DNA of 64,000 bases, taken from the NCBI GenBank assembly GCA_009914755.4, contig CP086569.2, positions 25,056,001 through 25,120,000 on the forward strand, read 5' to 3'. Positions 13,313-25,049 of this stretch are shown piece by piece. The position numbers and the translations under genes are program-made. Source of the stretch: the human T2T-CHM13v2.0 reference genome, Homo sapiens. Under the pieces are notes generated by a model. The model was not told the origin of the DNA. It was given only the letters and a program-made list of their open reading frames with translations, and ran no database searches. Position 1 is the stretch's first letter; each line of letters starts with the position of its first letter.

Positions 13313-14332
13313 TCCAGGTATTAGCTCCCTCTGCTGGTAATGTGGAAAGCAATGGAGAGGTAAACTACATTGATTTAATATATATGCTGAGAGAAGGGAA
13401 ATGGAGTAGAGAAAATGTGGGTTAAAAAAAGTGATGTACTCTCTCTGCCCAAATGTTGATTCTCTTTTTTTCTCTCTCTCGATTAATTTACCTTTTCATT
13501 ATTGCCAAAAAGAGAGTAAAGTACACAGTGAGTTGAAATAAAAAAAATCAAACCTATAGAAGTGAGAAAACAACATTAAATAAGATGGAGACAAATTTTT
13601 TAATGAGTTAAAATCCCTAAAGTATCTATCAGTGTCAATTAACAGCACATTCCCAGTGGAAAAGAAGGCTTCTTGTGCAAACTATAGACAGGTGAGCCTA
13701 CTGTCAATCCCAGGTAATATACAGATGAAACATTTCTGGGCACTTAGAAAAAGTGAATAGCATTGAGAAATAGTTTCAGCAGTACAAGTCAAGTCAAACC
13801 ACAATACTTCCTTTTTTTGAGCACAGAGCTGGTAAAAACCACAGGCCTGGATATTTGAAATTCAGTTACAATAAATAAACACACAAAACTATCAGACCTG
13901 AAGGAATGAAGTTAACTTTAAAATATATGATCTGTTGAAGTACTAACAGCGTCTCCAAATTTTCTGTATGATGTTACTGTGGCCTGGTGATAGCATCTCA
14001 TTCTGCCTTTCATCTTAATGTTTAATATTTCAAAAGCACAGCCCTAGTGTTTGTTTCCTTAACATGTAACTTCTAATGCTGGGTGATATCACCTTTATAA
14101 AAAGGAATTCTATTTGTCAACAAATGTTATAATATTGAGACATATATTGAGTAATTATTTTTAATCTCATCATTCTGAATATCCAGAATAAACATGCATA
14201 CCTACAGTTCAAAATCTTCAACTCTCTGCTTCAGCTCTGCTTTTCTTTCTCTTAACAAATCCATATCTTTTAGTAAAAGAAGCCTTGAGCATCAATTTTC
14301 TTGTTTCAATCTCTAAAAAAGCATTTATTTTT

Positions 14333-14618
14333 GCTGGTTTGTAGTGGCTCATGCTTGTGATCCTAGCCTTTTGGGAGGCCGAGGCAGGTAGGTCACGAGG
14401 TCAGGAGTTCAAGATCAGCCCAGCCAAGATGGTAAAACCTCATTTCTACTAAAATACAAAAGTTAACTGGCCTAGTGGCAGGAACCTGTAATCTCAGCTA
14501 CTCAGGAGGTTGAGGCATGGAACTGCTTGAACTTGACAGGTGGAATTTGCAGTGAGCCAAGATCATGCCACTGCACTCCAGCCTGGGTAACAACACAAGA
14601 CTCTGTCTCAAAAAAAAG
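14333..14618 (+). mobile_element. Alu SINE with A-tail
   Basis: gctggtttgtagtggctcatgcttgtgatcctagccttttgggaggccgaggcaggtaggtcacgaggtcaggagttcaagatcagcc...gcactccagcctgggtaacaacacaagactctgtctcaaaaaaaa. Confidence 0.92.
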
Positions 14619-14745
14619 GCATTAAGTTTTAGCAAGCAAGTTAATGAAAGCATAACAAATTTAAATGAATATGCTGCTTCGTAAATTCCAAAAACCGAAG
14701 TACAGAAATTGAGAATAACTATTTCACCTTCAAATAATTCCAACT

Positions 14746-15039
<294 letters not shown>

Positions 15040-15185
15040 ATTCACTTCAATGTATTCCTCAACTACCTATTCCAGCTGCATAAGTATTTACTCTCTCAGT
15101 TTCTGTTAAACTGTGTTTCCATATATTTTTAACATGCCTTGTGTAATTTATACTACATAATTAACATCTCTCAGTCCCTTATGTA

Positions 15186-15465
15186 TTTTTTTGAGACTGG
15201 GATCTGCTCTGTTGCCCAGCCTTGAGTGCAGTGTTTTGATTTTGGATAACTGCAACCTGTGCCCCCCAGACTCAAGTGATTCTCCTACCTCAGCTTTCTG
15301 AGTAGCTGAGACTACAAACACGCACCACCAAGTTCAGCTAATATTTTTGTAGAGATGGGGTTGTGCCGCTGCCCAGGCTGGTGTTGAATCTCTGGGCTCA
15401 AATGAGATCACCATGTCAGCTTCTCAATGTGCTAAAACTACAGGCATGAGCCACCACACCTGGTC
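15186..15465 (-). mobile_element. Alu SINE, minus orientation, with leading poly-T
   Basis: tttttttgagactgggatctgctctgttgcccagccttgagtgcagtg...ctcctacctcagctttctgagtagctgagactacaaacacgcaccacc...ggcatgagccaccacacctggtc. Confidence 0.9.
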
Positions 15466-17849
15466 CCCTTAACTATAATTTTGTAAGTTCTTCAGGAAAA
15501 AAAAAAATAAATGTACATTCAGAAATAAAACTCCAAAAGAATAAAATCTCCTTGGTTTTTAATGGTGGTGCTGTCTGAATGTTTCAGTTCATGAGTCATT
15601 GAGTTCATGGGTTATGAGTCATAATTCAGAGTTAGAAAGCTCATATGAACTTGTAAATGAAGGAGCCAACCTTCCACTTATGTCCTCACAGAGCAATAAA
15701 TTACTAACTACCTATCAAGAAGCACGCTGGGACTGGATACAAAAGTGTAATCAGGTATAGTCCTTATCTCTGAAGATCTCACAGTATAGTCAGGGAGAAC
15801 CAATCACACTAAGACAGGATAATTTTATAACTCAGGTAAATAAAGACCACATTCAGGAATGAGCCCTCAAATGAGTTTCTAAGTGGGAATCATGGAAGGC
15901 ATTGCAGGGGTGACATCCAAGCTGGGCCTTGAATGACACTGTGGTTTAATCCGGGAGAGAAGGGGATTGATATTCCAGGTGACGAAATACAGGCATGGTG
16001 GTTTTTATGGGAATGACAATCTTCCTCAAAGACTTCAGATACTCACAGTTGAATAAACAGAAATCTAGTTAGTCACCTATCCTGAAGATGAAGTTATTAG
16101 TCTAAACACAATAGAATCATCTCAAAGATCTGTGCACCCAACATTCAATTTTATAGCTGAGGTAAGCCCTATTTCCAGAAATGAGATAGAAAATTTTAGA
16201 GCATGTGCCCTTAGCATTAAACAACCTATGTCTCATTGAGAAGCTCCAAGCAAGGGGGAAGACTTCCTACTTTTAACATCCGGCAGCAGCAGTTTTAGAT
16301 GTATGTTTGAAATACTGCTGTATTTCTTAGACTGTTTGGTCTAAGACACACACTTGGAAAAGAAATAAGATTTCTTAAAGGAATAGTTAGATTCCCACTT
16401 ACCAACACAAACTCCCTGTCACTCCTCATCCTCTTCATATCCTTCCCAATTGCTTTACCAGTAATGAGATCAAATGGCCACATGGATGACCCTAGGGTCC
16501 CTAGTGACTCCTTCACCCCAGGGATATTTACTCTTGCTCATTTCCATGGCTCCATCCAATGGCAGCACACTGCCTTTGATTTCCAGTCTCCACTTGAAAT
16601 CTCATCCTGTAGTTCTGCACTCCTGGACCATCTTTATTCTTCCACATGCCAGTCTCTCCAGATCTAGTTCTTGATCGCTGAGACTACCACTCAACACTCC
16701 CTTTCCACCTAGGTCACCCGCCCCCTGCCCTCTCCTCTGCTTACCTTCACTACACAGGAGAACCACAGATTCTTCAGTTAAATAGGCTGTCTTTCTCAAG
16801 GAAAATGAATTATGCTATGCAAAGCTCCACTTCCAGAGCATCTCCATATTTCCAACCTCAGTGAAAGGGGCAGCAGAGACAGACCCTTGCAATTCCTCCC
16901 CAGAGCTAGAACAGAAACACGTGGTTTTGTCTCTCTCAACTCCAGGTTACCCCAACCATAGCTGGGCCTTCAGTACAGGTAATCAGTCAGCTCTCCTTTA
17001 AAGAGCTGTTCTTACCTTACCCACAGGAACTACTCTGCACCTCCAAGCTGCTCCTGAAACCCTTAATCTATCTCCTTAATTTGTCTAAGAAGATGAAGCT
17101 TTTCAGCGAGTGTTTCTCATAATTCCAACTTGTCGGGTCACCTATGCAATTCTTCCCTTTCCACCAGTCTCAAAGGATGAAAATCCGTGTATCCGTTTCA
17201 AGGCCCACCGTTCTTTTATTTGCAATCTTGGCCGCAGTCCCTACTGCTCTTCTGGGGCCTTTTTCCATCAATTGTAACATCTCATTCCTGGATCCTGAGT
17301 CAATCCAATAATAGCTGTAGGAAATATCCACCCAGTAAAATATTTGTAAATACCACCTCTTGGTGCTTTTGGTTTCTCTCAAAGATACTCTTTCTATAAA
17401 GAATGAGGCTTTCAGATTCTGCTTGACAAATCTTCTCCAAATCACTTCAGAACATAGCTAATTCATTTGCATACTCTCTTACCACTTCCATTAAAAAACT
17501 TCAACTGCAAATTGATTACAAAAAAATAAAAGTTCCAATCATTATACCATAAGAACAGCAACAAATTCTCCCTCCACAGCTAGGCTCCACATTAATGCTC
17601 TGTCCAAATATGTTATATTTATTTAATCTATAGTTTTATATCATTTACTGTATTTGTAGAACTCAATCAAAGGTATAAACAAATCTCATCAGAAAAAAAT
17701 TGATATGCACAGCACTGAAGTATTCCATTTTTTATTAAAATTTCCAGGTATTTTTTTTTTATTATACTCTAAGTTTATACATAAGATTAAACCTTTAGAT
17801 GACAAACAAAAACATGACTCTTGTTAACTGTAACAAGATAAACATTACC

Positions 17850-17983
17850 TTTTGACACATTCCTGTCAGAAGTTGCTTTTCTATTTCTCCGTATCTTCAT
17901 TTAGCTTTATTTCTAGAGACTCAAACTTTATATGCTGAGGATAAGCATCTGCAATTGATCATCAATAAGCTGAAGATTGCCAG
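17850..17983 (-). pseudogene. OFD1: OFD1-like pseudo-exon (coiled-coil region) with AG acceptor and GT donor retained but two 1-bp frameshifts and in-frame stops
   Basis: Reverse complement reads ttttaatag|CTGGCAATCTTCAGCTTATTGATGATCAATTGCAGATGCTTATCCTCAGCATATAAAGTTTGAGTCTCTAGAAATAAAGCTAAATGAAGATACGGAGAAATAGAAAAGCAACTTCTGACAGGAATGTGTCAAAAG|gtaatg. Translating across frames gives (L)AGNLQLIDDQ / [15 protein letters not shown].. / ..ECVK, versus OFD1 [48 protein letters not shown] (recalled from memory). Frame shifts after DDQ and after LNE. Confidence 0.7.
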
Positions 17984-18309
17984 CTATTAAAAAGTAACAG
18001 GTCAAATTAGGACACAGAGACATGGTGAGGTGTGCAAGAGGCCAGTCTTCTGGTTCAAAAATAAAGAGTATACTTTGGGGAAAGCATGGGTGTCTGCAAT
18101 TTACTCTGAAAAAAAAACAAAAAAAGATGTAAGATAGATGAATAGATGAACAGAAAAAAATGATGAAGCATATATAATGCAAATGTAATAGTGAAATCTA
18201 GATGATAGGTATGTAAGTGTTGACTAGAATTGTTTCAACTTTTCTCTATGTTGAAGATGCTTAGGCATTTACCAGCAACCACTGTGCTCACTAATTTAAT
18301 TTAATTTAA

Positions 18310-18425
18310 TTTTTTTTTTTTTTTTTAGAGACAAGGTCTTGCTATGTGGCTTGCCCAAGTTGATCTCAAACTCATGGCCTCAAGTGATCCTCCTGCCTGG
18401 GCCTCCCGAAGTGCTGAAAGCACAA
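18310..18425 (-). mobile_element. Free left Alu monomer (FLAM-like), minus orientation, with poly-T
   Basis: ttttttttttttttttagagacaaggtcttgctatgtggcttgcccaagttgatctcaaactcatggcctcaagtgatcctcctgcctgggcctcccgaagtgctgaaag. Confidence 0.75.
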
Positions 18426-18649
18426 GAATTAGTCACTTTGTCTGGTTATAGCTTTTAAGAATACATCTGAAGAAAGTCCTTCCTAAGCATGATACAAAAC
18501 CTGGAGGCAATAGGGAGATATCTTTATGAACCTCACTACATAAACATTAAAAATTTACATATGGCATAGAATAAACAAAAATAATACACTGGAAAAATAG
18601 TTACAATAATATGCAGGCATAACCAGGACTAAAGTTATTACATTTTAAT

Positions 18650-19230
18650 ATTGTTAAACAGCTCTTACAAATCAGTTAAGACAAAAGAAAACAAAACTGA
18701 AAAATGGGAGAAAACATGGACAGATTATAGAAAAAATAAAATGTCAAACAAAGATGAGAAATATTATCACATGTTGAATAAACATGAACAAAATCACAAA
18801 TGCAAGTTAATAAAGCAAAGAAACCATTATTTTCCCTGTAACACCATTAAGATTAATACTTTGATAACGCTAATGTTGGCAATGGAGTGGAAGTGTAGCT
18901 ATCCTCATTCCCTTGGGAGAGGTATGTGTCAGTGCTTATATATATTCAAAATGCAAGTGTCTTTCCATCTACTCATTCTAATTCTATGAATTCACACAGC
19001 TGTACTTTTACAGGTGCACAGAGTGTGCACATTGCATATTGGTTGCCTCTATTGGAAAAGGGCAAACAATAAGACAACTAAATTTCCATCAATGGGGGTT
19101 AAATATTTACTTTAAAAACAATTAACTCAATATACTGCTACAGATAGATATATTGGTGGATAGAAAAAGCAAATTGCCTACAGGATCTATAATATAATTT
19201 TATTTGATTGTATGTTTAAATTAGAAATAC
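18650..19230 (+). mobile_element. Possible ancient L1M-type 3' end fragment
   Basis: Weak resemblance to the L1M 3'-terminal pattern (..caaacaataagacaactaaatttccatcaatgggggttaaatatttac...aatatactgctacagatagatatattggtggatagaaaaagc), cf. consensus ..aaacaacccaaatgtccatcaactggtgaatggataaacaaattgtggtatatccatacaatggaatactactcagc. Confidence 0.3.
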
Positions 19231-21046
19231 ATAGACTTTTAACCTCAATTCTAGAAAAATAAGAAAGAAACAAAATTATTAAAATTCGAGTTATCAGTGG
19301 AGAGTGAGATTAGACAACACAGGCAGAAATTGCTAGTTTATTTTCACTTTATATCCTTCTGAATAATCTGAAACTTTGTTTTAAACCAGAAGCATAAATT
19401 ATTTAAGAAATTTTTAGTTTCTTGAAACTAAAAGTATTAGTCAGCTCAGCACTTTATCCCCATCCCCATCGTCTTCACTGAGGGGATTACAGTTAGATTG
19501 CTTTGACAGTCTGCATTCTATCCAGGGATCAGAAGAACAAAATTTGCAAATATTAATGTTTCTTCATGGTGATGTAAATTATGGGCTTTCATATTGTTCT
19601 TTTCATTCTCCTAACAGTGTCTTTCACAGAGATGATTTTAATTTCAGTTAAGTCTAACATCTATTTTTTTCTTTCATATATCTTGCTTTTGGTGTCATAT
19701 CACATCGTGAAACTCAGGATCACATAGACTTTCTCTTGTTTTTATTTGGAAATATTATAGTTTTGCAATTTACATTTAGGTCTACGGTTCATTTCCATAC
19801 ATATGAATATTCAATTATTTCAGAGTCACATGTTGAAAAGACCATATTTACTCTATTGGATTGCCTTTGCACCATTGTTAAAAAAATCAATTGACAATAT
19901 TTGTGTGAATCTATCTCTGAATTCTCTATATCTATTCCCATTGATGTATGTGTCTATTCTTTTGACAATCATAGATAAGAATTTTAACTTTCTAAAAGCA
20001 AAGGGCCAATGTCCACATTTTCTTTCCTCGTCCAAATTTTGTGTGTATCATTATCTGCATATCTTTATCTCTCAAAGGAAATATTAACAGTGGGAAGACT
20101 GGGTGACTAGAAGCTAGGAGGAAAGTACTGTGACTATTCAACAGTTTGGCATCCCCTGAGAGTAGGTATACTAAAATAGGATAGGATGACATGTCTCTGA
20201 ATCAGGGAACAGAAAACTGTTCAGTACAGTATATCTTCCTATAAGTTTTCTGTTGTCAAATTGGAAGCCACAAATTTTTAAAATAATTTTTCTTTTACCA
20301 GAAACTATTTTATTGTTAGCTAAGAATTCTATCCAAATTTTGACACTAGGATGACTGACATGTTTTCTACTCATCATTTTTCTGACTTCTGGAAATTTTA
20401 CGGGGATGCTAGGTAAAGCTTGTAATGGTTGTCAGCCAGATAGATTTCTGAACCAGATGGATTTAAAGAGACTGTGTAAAGATGGAAAAACTGTTTTTAA
20501 AGATAATGTATTATAGTAAATATATAGATTATTTCATGTTGGGGGCCCAGTCAGGCTGGTGGAAAAAATATTAAAGACTGTTATAGTAATAGCCACAAAC
20601 CATCTTGGAATGTCAGAGAGTTTGCATAACTTCGGTAACAGATATGGTTGAATATGGTTGAAGGCGACCTGCTTTACCTTTAGTTAAATAGATTAAAGTA
20701 CTAACAAAGGAATGTGGGGAAGTTATGTAGCTAGCTTTTTTACTCATGTGGTCTTAAGACTAATCTTTGAGGTACCATGGGTGCTTAAGTGCTTTCCACT
20801 CGGGAATACCACAATGTCAATTACGCCCCAGTGGTGTTGACTAAAGTCTTTCTCAATTAATCTTTACTGATAAATGCGAGTCTCACTAGCTGGTCAGGGC
20901 CAAAGTTGCAACTGTTTTACAGCACTCTACTGGAGTCTGTAAGTGGCTCAGACACCCAGCTTCAGCTGGACTGGGAAAGCAGAACATCTGTGTATCAGTG
21001 CTGGTGCCACAGTGTGAGAAGTGTGAGAAGTGCTACCACAGTTTTT

Positions 21047-21053
21047 TTTATTT

Positions 21054-21127
<74 letters not shown>

Positions 21128-21245
21128 TTCCTTCCTTCCTTCCTTCCTTCCTTCCTTCCTTCCTTTCTTTCTTCCTTTCTTTCTTCCTTCCTTCCTTCCT
21201 ACCTTTCTTTCTTTTTTTCTCTTTCTTCTTCTTCTTTTTTTCTTG
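21047..21245 (+). repeat. (TTTC)n/(TTCC)n tetranucleotide microsatellite, about 200 bp, a pure polypyrimidine tract, grown from the tail of the adjacent minus-strand Alu
   Basis: tttctttctttc... switching to ttccttccttcc..., then interrupted copies, directly 5' of the antisense Alu at 21250. Confidence 0.95.
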
Positions 21246-21249
21246 TTAG

Positions 21250-21535
21250 GGGTAAAATGGAATCTAGCTCTGTCACCCAGGCTGGAGTGCAGTCATATGA
21301 TCTCAGCTCACTGCAAACTTCACCGCCCGGGTTCAAGTCATTATCGTGCCTCAGCCTCCAGAGTAAATGGGATAAAATGCACTTACCACCACGACTCAAA
21401 CATTTTTGAATTTTTAGAAGGAGTGGAGTTTCACTGTGTTGGTCAGGCTGATTTCAAACTCCAGAACTTTAGTGATCCTCCTGCTTTAGCCTCCCAATAT
21501 CCTGGGATTACAAGCATAAGGCACTGTTCCTGGCC
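21250..21535 (-). mobile_element. Alu SINE, minus orientation
   Basis: aatctagctctgtcacccaggctggagtgcagtcatatgatctcagctcactgcaaacttcaccgcccgggttcaagtcattatcgtgcctcagcctccagagtaaatggg...tttttagaaggagtggagtttcactgtgttggtcaggctg...cctcccaatatcctgggattacaagcataaggcactgttcctggccc. Confidence 0.9.
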
Positions 21536-21639
21536 CGTAGATTATTCCTTAATATCTCTTCAAGCCATTCATTTTATTTTGAAGTAACAATTAAGCAATA
21601 GATAGCTGCTATATACCTTAGAATCATGCTGTTCATTAT

Positions 21640-21790
21640 GATAGTCACTTTGCACATGTAGCTAATTAAATATAAATTAAAAATTTAGTTATTCAGTTAC
21701 ACTAGCTACATTTAAATTGCTCAATAGCCACAAGAGACTGGCAACTACCACATTAAACAGTATAGGTAAAGACGTTTCCAACATCACATT
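21640..21790. repeat. Ancient mammalian interspersed repeat (unclassified by eye; family with palindromic tagccacatgtggcta-type core), copy 1
   Basis: atagtcactttgcacatgtagctaattaaatataaattaaaaatttagttattcagttacactagctacatttaaattgctcaatagccacaag resembles the recurrent element ..tagccacatgtggctatttaaatttaaattaattaaaat..ttcagttcctcagtcacactagccacatttcaagtgctcaatagccacatgtggc.. A second copy lies at 38185-38370. Confidence 0.4.
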
Positions 21791-23474
21791 GAGTTATTCT
21801 GAATGGTGCCTAGAGCACAGACTATAGAATCATTTACCTACTGAATTTCAGTAGGGATGGTCTAGTGTGCAGGCAGCCTAGAAAGTCTTGTTCTTCAATT
21901 TATTTATCTTCTACTAACATTACTACAATGAAGCCTGGCAATTAAGTCACAGACTCAGTGGCTGGCAGAAAGTATGTACTCAAATGATTAAGTTCTGAAT
22001 GAATGAATGAATGAATAAATGTCTCTGTCAGGATGATAGAAATGCATGCAACAGACAAAATCCCAAGGGCGTAGGAACACAAAAGGACCATTACTAATTC
22101 ACATATTATTTTAAATGTCCTAAGGTATAACTAAGCATAAAAGGCAAGTTGCCAGCTTATGTTCATGCTACAAAGTCCATTATGAAGTCTAACCAATGGT
22201 CCAGAACTCACAGTAGTTACAAACTATAAAAGTTTTGTATGAAGGCCAAAATTAAGGCAATTAATCAGGTCTGTGTATACACTTAAGAGCAAAAGTTATA
22301 TTACACATTACTAAACACATACTTTATTCATTAATGGCATATTAATGCATTTAATACTCTTATCAATTGCACTGGAGAGGCATACCTAGTATACAAAGAT
22401 ACTTGGCCTAAAAGACAGTTTTTTGAAGGTTTTTTTTTTCTTGGAAATGTTCCCAACAATGGATATTTTTACAGGCAGTATCTTTCAGTGTGTCTGTAGG
22501 ACCCTTGATATTGTCTGAAGTTTTCTCATTTGACTATCTAAAAGTTATTATGAAAATGAAAATATGGGAATAATGACCTGCAGAACAGGTGAAATATTGC
22601 TTACAAAGTAAGATATGGTCAGCAAGGAAAAACATGTAATTTAAATCAAATTAAATTTCTTACTCTTCTCACTCAAAATTAGCTTCATTCTTTTAGAAGG
22701 AAAAGTACGTAGAAAAATCTTGCTACAGTTTAAAAAGATATAGGCTCCTACCTTTATGGGTTTCTTTATCAAACTCTGACACATGTTAAAAAATATTTTA
22801 CTTTTATAAAGCTATTTGTTTATAATTAACAAACCAAAATAGATTATAGAAACTAAATAAACTTACCAGTGAGTTCTAGGAACTGGAAGTAGGGTGAATT
22901 TTTACTGAGTGCAATCAATCCTGCATAGTAAATACCTTAAGAAAATAAAAGGTTACCAATTAGACATGGTTTTATAGCAGTGTTTAAATCACACATTATA
23001 ATGTTTATGAATATGAGATTGAGAAACATCCTTCAGAAAAAAAAACTAAGATTACAAAGGAAAATTGAAGCTCTTTCTTACAATGTTAGATAAAATACAA
23101 AAACACATTGAAATACCTTTCTTGATTTTGCAATCAACCTCTAAGTATTTTACATCAAAGGTCATTCAATTACAATTTTTTAAAAGTAGTGTTTAAAATA
23201 TAAATAAGCTAAATTTTCATTGTCTTTGCAATCATGATGAAAGTGCACTTAAAATACTGTTAAACAGACATTTTGGGCAGCTATTTATATATATTCTACA
23301 AAAGTATATATCAATTATTATGTCTACCCTGAGAACACTGATATGTTTTCAACTGGATTTCCTTTAAAGAAAACATTTTGAATTGGCATTTTATATTTGT
23401 AGAAACAATTAAGTTGTTTCAGTGGGATGAATTCCTGTTATAAGAATCATACAATTGGTAATTACACTTACCAA

Positions 23475-23640
23475 AAAAAAAAAAAAAAAGCAGAATATGG
23501 TGGTGTGTGCCTGTAATCCCAGCTGTTTGAAAGGCTGCAGTAGTATAATTGCTTGAACTCAGAGGGCAGTTGTAGTAAACTCAGATTATGCCACTGCCCT
23601 TCAGACTTGGTGACAAAGTGAGACCCTACTACTAAAAAAT
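23475..23640 (+). mobile_element. Alu right-monomer fragment (FRAM-like) preceded by A-rich linker
   Basis: aaaaaaaaaaaaaaaaagcagaatatggtggtgtgtgcctgtaatcccagctgtttgaaaggctgcagtagtataattgcttgaactcagagggcagttgtagtaaactcagattatgccactgcccttcagacttggtgacaaagtgagaccctactactaaaaaatg. Confidence 0.7.
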
Positions 23641-23739
23641 GAATATGTAAATAAATACATTCATAAAATGGTTAAGTACAATTTGGTTGCTTATGAAGAA
23701 ACAACACATTTAAAATTTTCATTTCAATACTGTACTAAG

Positions 23740-24022
23740 GCCAGGCATTTTGGTTCACATCTGTAATCCCAGGACTTTTGGAGGCTGAGGCAAATGGATC
23801 ACTTGAGATCAGGTGTTCGAGACAAACCTGGCCAACAAGGTGAAACCCTGCCTATACTAGAAATACAAAAATTAGCCAGGTGCTTGGGTGAGCACCTGTA
23901 ATCCCAGATGCCTGGGAGGCTAAGGTGAGAGAATCGCTTGAAACAAAGAGGTGAAGCTTGAAGCCCAAGATCATACTACCGCACTCCAGCCTGAGCAACA
24001 GAGTGATACTCCATTTCAAAGA
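23740..24022 (+). mobile_element. Alu SINE
   Basis: ggccaggcattttggttcacatctgtaatcccaggacttttggaggctgaggcaaatggatcacttgagatcaggtgttcgagacaaacctggccaacaaggtgaaaccctgcctatactagaaatacaaaaattagccaggtgcttgg...ccgcactccagcctgagcaacagagtgatactccatttcaaagaaaat. Confidence 0.9.
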
Positions 24023-24845
24023 AAATAATTACAATATGAAGCTTCTTGTGTCCTTAAAACTTTGAAATATGAAAGTTTTACATAACTATACAGAAAATAA
24101 AGAAAGTAAAAACATATACACAACACTAAGAGTGAAATTTAATGTAAACGATAGACTTTGGCAATAATGACTTTTCGGGGAAGGTTTATCAATTGCAGCA
24201 AATGTACCACCTTGATGAAAGATATTGACAGTGGGAGAGACTGTGCATGTGTAGGAGCAGTGGGTGTATAGGAATTCTTTGTACTTCTCCATCAACATGG
24301 CTGTGAACTAAAACCTGCTCTAAAAAACAAAGTCTACAAACAAACACCCCCACCCCCACCACACACATATTCACAGGGAAAGTTTTCTCTATATACATTT
24401 AAAATAATAAATTGGGATGAATGTTCAATAATAATGGTGAAGAAATGCAGTTAAAATAATTAGAAATGTACTAAAAATGATATGAATGTCTCTTTATTAT
24501 TTGGAAACTTTACAGAGTTTTAAGAAATATGTCACATAATTTACTTGATTCACCTCTCCACATTCTGGTTCCTCATATGTAACACACAAAATATCTGTTG
24601 TGTGTCTATTGCAGTGCCAAGCTCAGAGCAGACATTTAGCAGATTAGCAGAGTTTTATAAACAGCAAAGAAAATAGATAAATCAATTTTAGCTCTTAAAC
24701 ATTTAGAGATTGTAGATCACAATCTTACAAAAGACTAAATGTGATACCAAGAAATTAATTTCAAATTTAGTAACCACTTGTTATATAAAAAATGTATGCA
24801 AATTCAAAGAGGAATGAGAAATGCACCTACTTTAAAAGCAGTTAC

Positions 24846-25049
24846 CTATAATGCGCATGTTACAGTCAGCCAAGAAAAAAATCTTAATAAAAAGTACAAG
24901 GATACAGTTTCAAGATGGCCGAATAGGAACAGCTCCAGTCTACAGCTCCCAACGTGAATGATGGAGAAGACGAGTGATGTCTGCATTTCCAACTGAGGTA
25001 CTGAGTTCATCTCACTGGGGCTTGTTCGACAGTGGGTGCAGCCCACCAA
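24846..25049 (-). other. L1 5'UTR antisense ORF0-like reading frames (also 28012-28206 minus in L1 copy B, and 50165-50374 plus in the minus-strand L1 at 44103-50293)
   Basis: All three antisense frames carry the LEMQKSP / EMQTS motif followed by (V/I)F(C/S)..H(A/V)GSCRLELFLF.HL.. reading out through the L1 5' end. This is the position and orientation of the primate-specific L1 antisense ORF0. Confidence 0.4.

Noticed and set aside
16290-17450. Block with several 65-90 aa ORFs on both strands (16295-16799, 17170-17445) that could be an unrecognised repeat or exon cluster
   Set aside because: No peptide or repeat similarity I can recognise, and no splice-site-bounded structure. It is probably an old LTR/DNA-transposon remnant or unique intronic sequence, and cannot be supported from sequence alone.
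17750-17790. ttttttttttattatactctaagttt resembling the complement of an L1 3' terminus
   Set aside because: Only about 25 bp match before the sequence diverges. This is too short to call an L1 fragment.
20906-21587. 167-185 aa ORFs with [11 protein letters not shown]... repeats
   Set aside because: These are translations of the (TTTC)n/(TTCC)n microsatellite and the adjacent antisense Alu, low-complexity artefacts with no coding signal.
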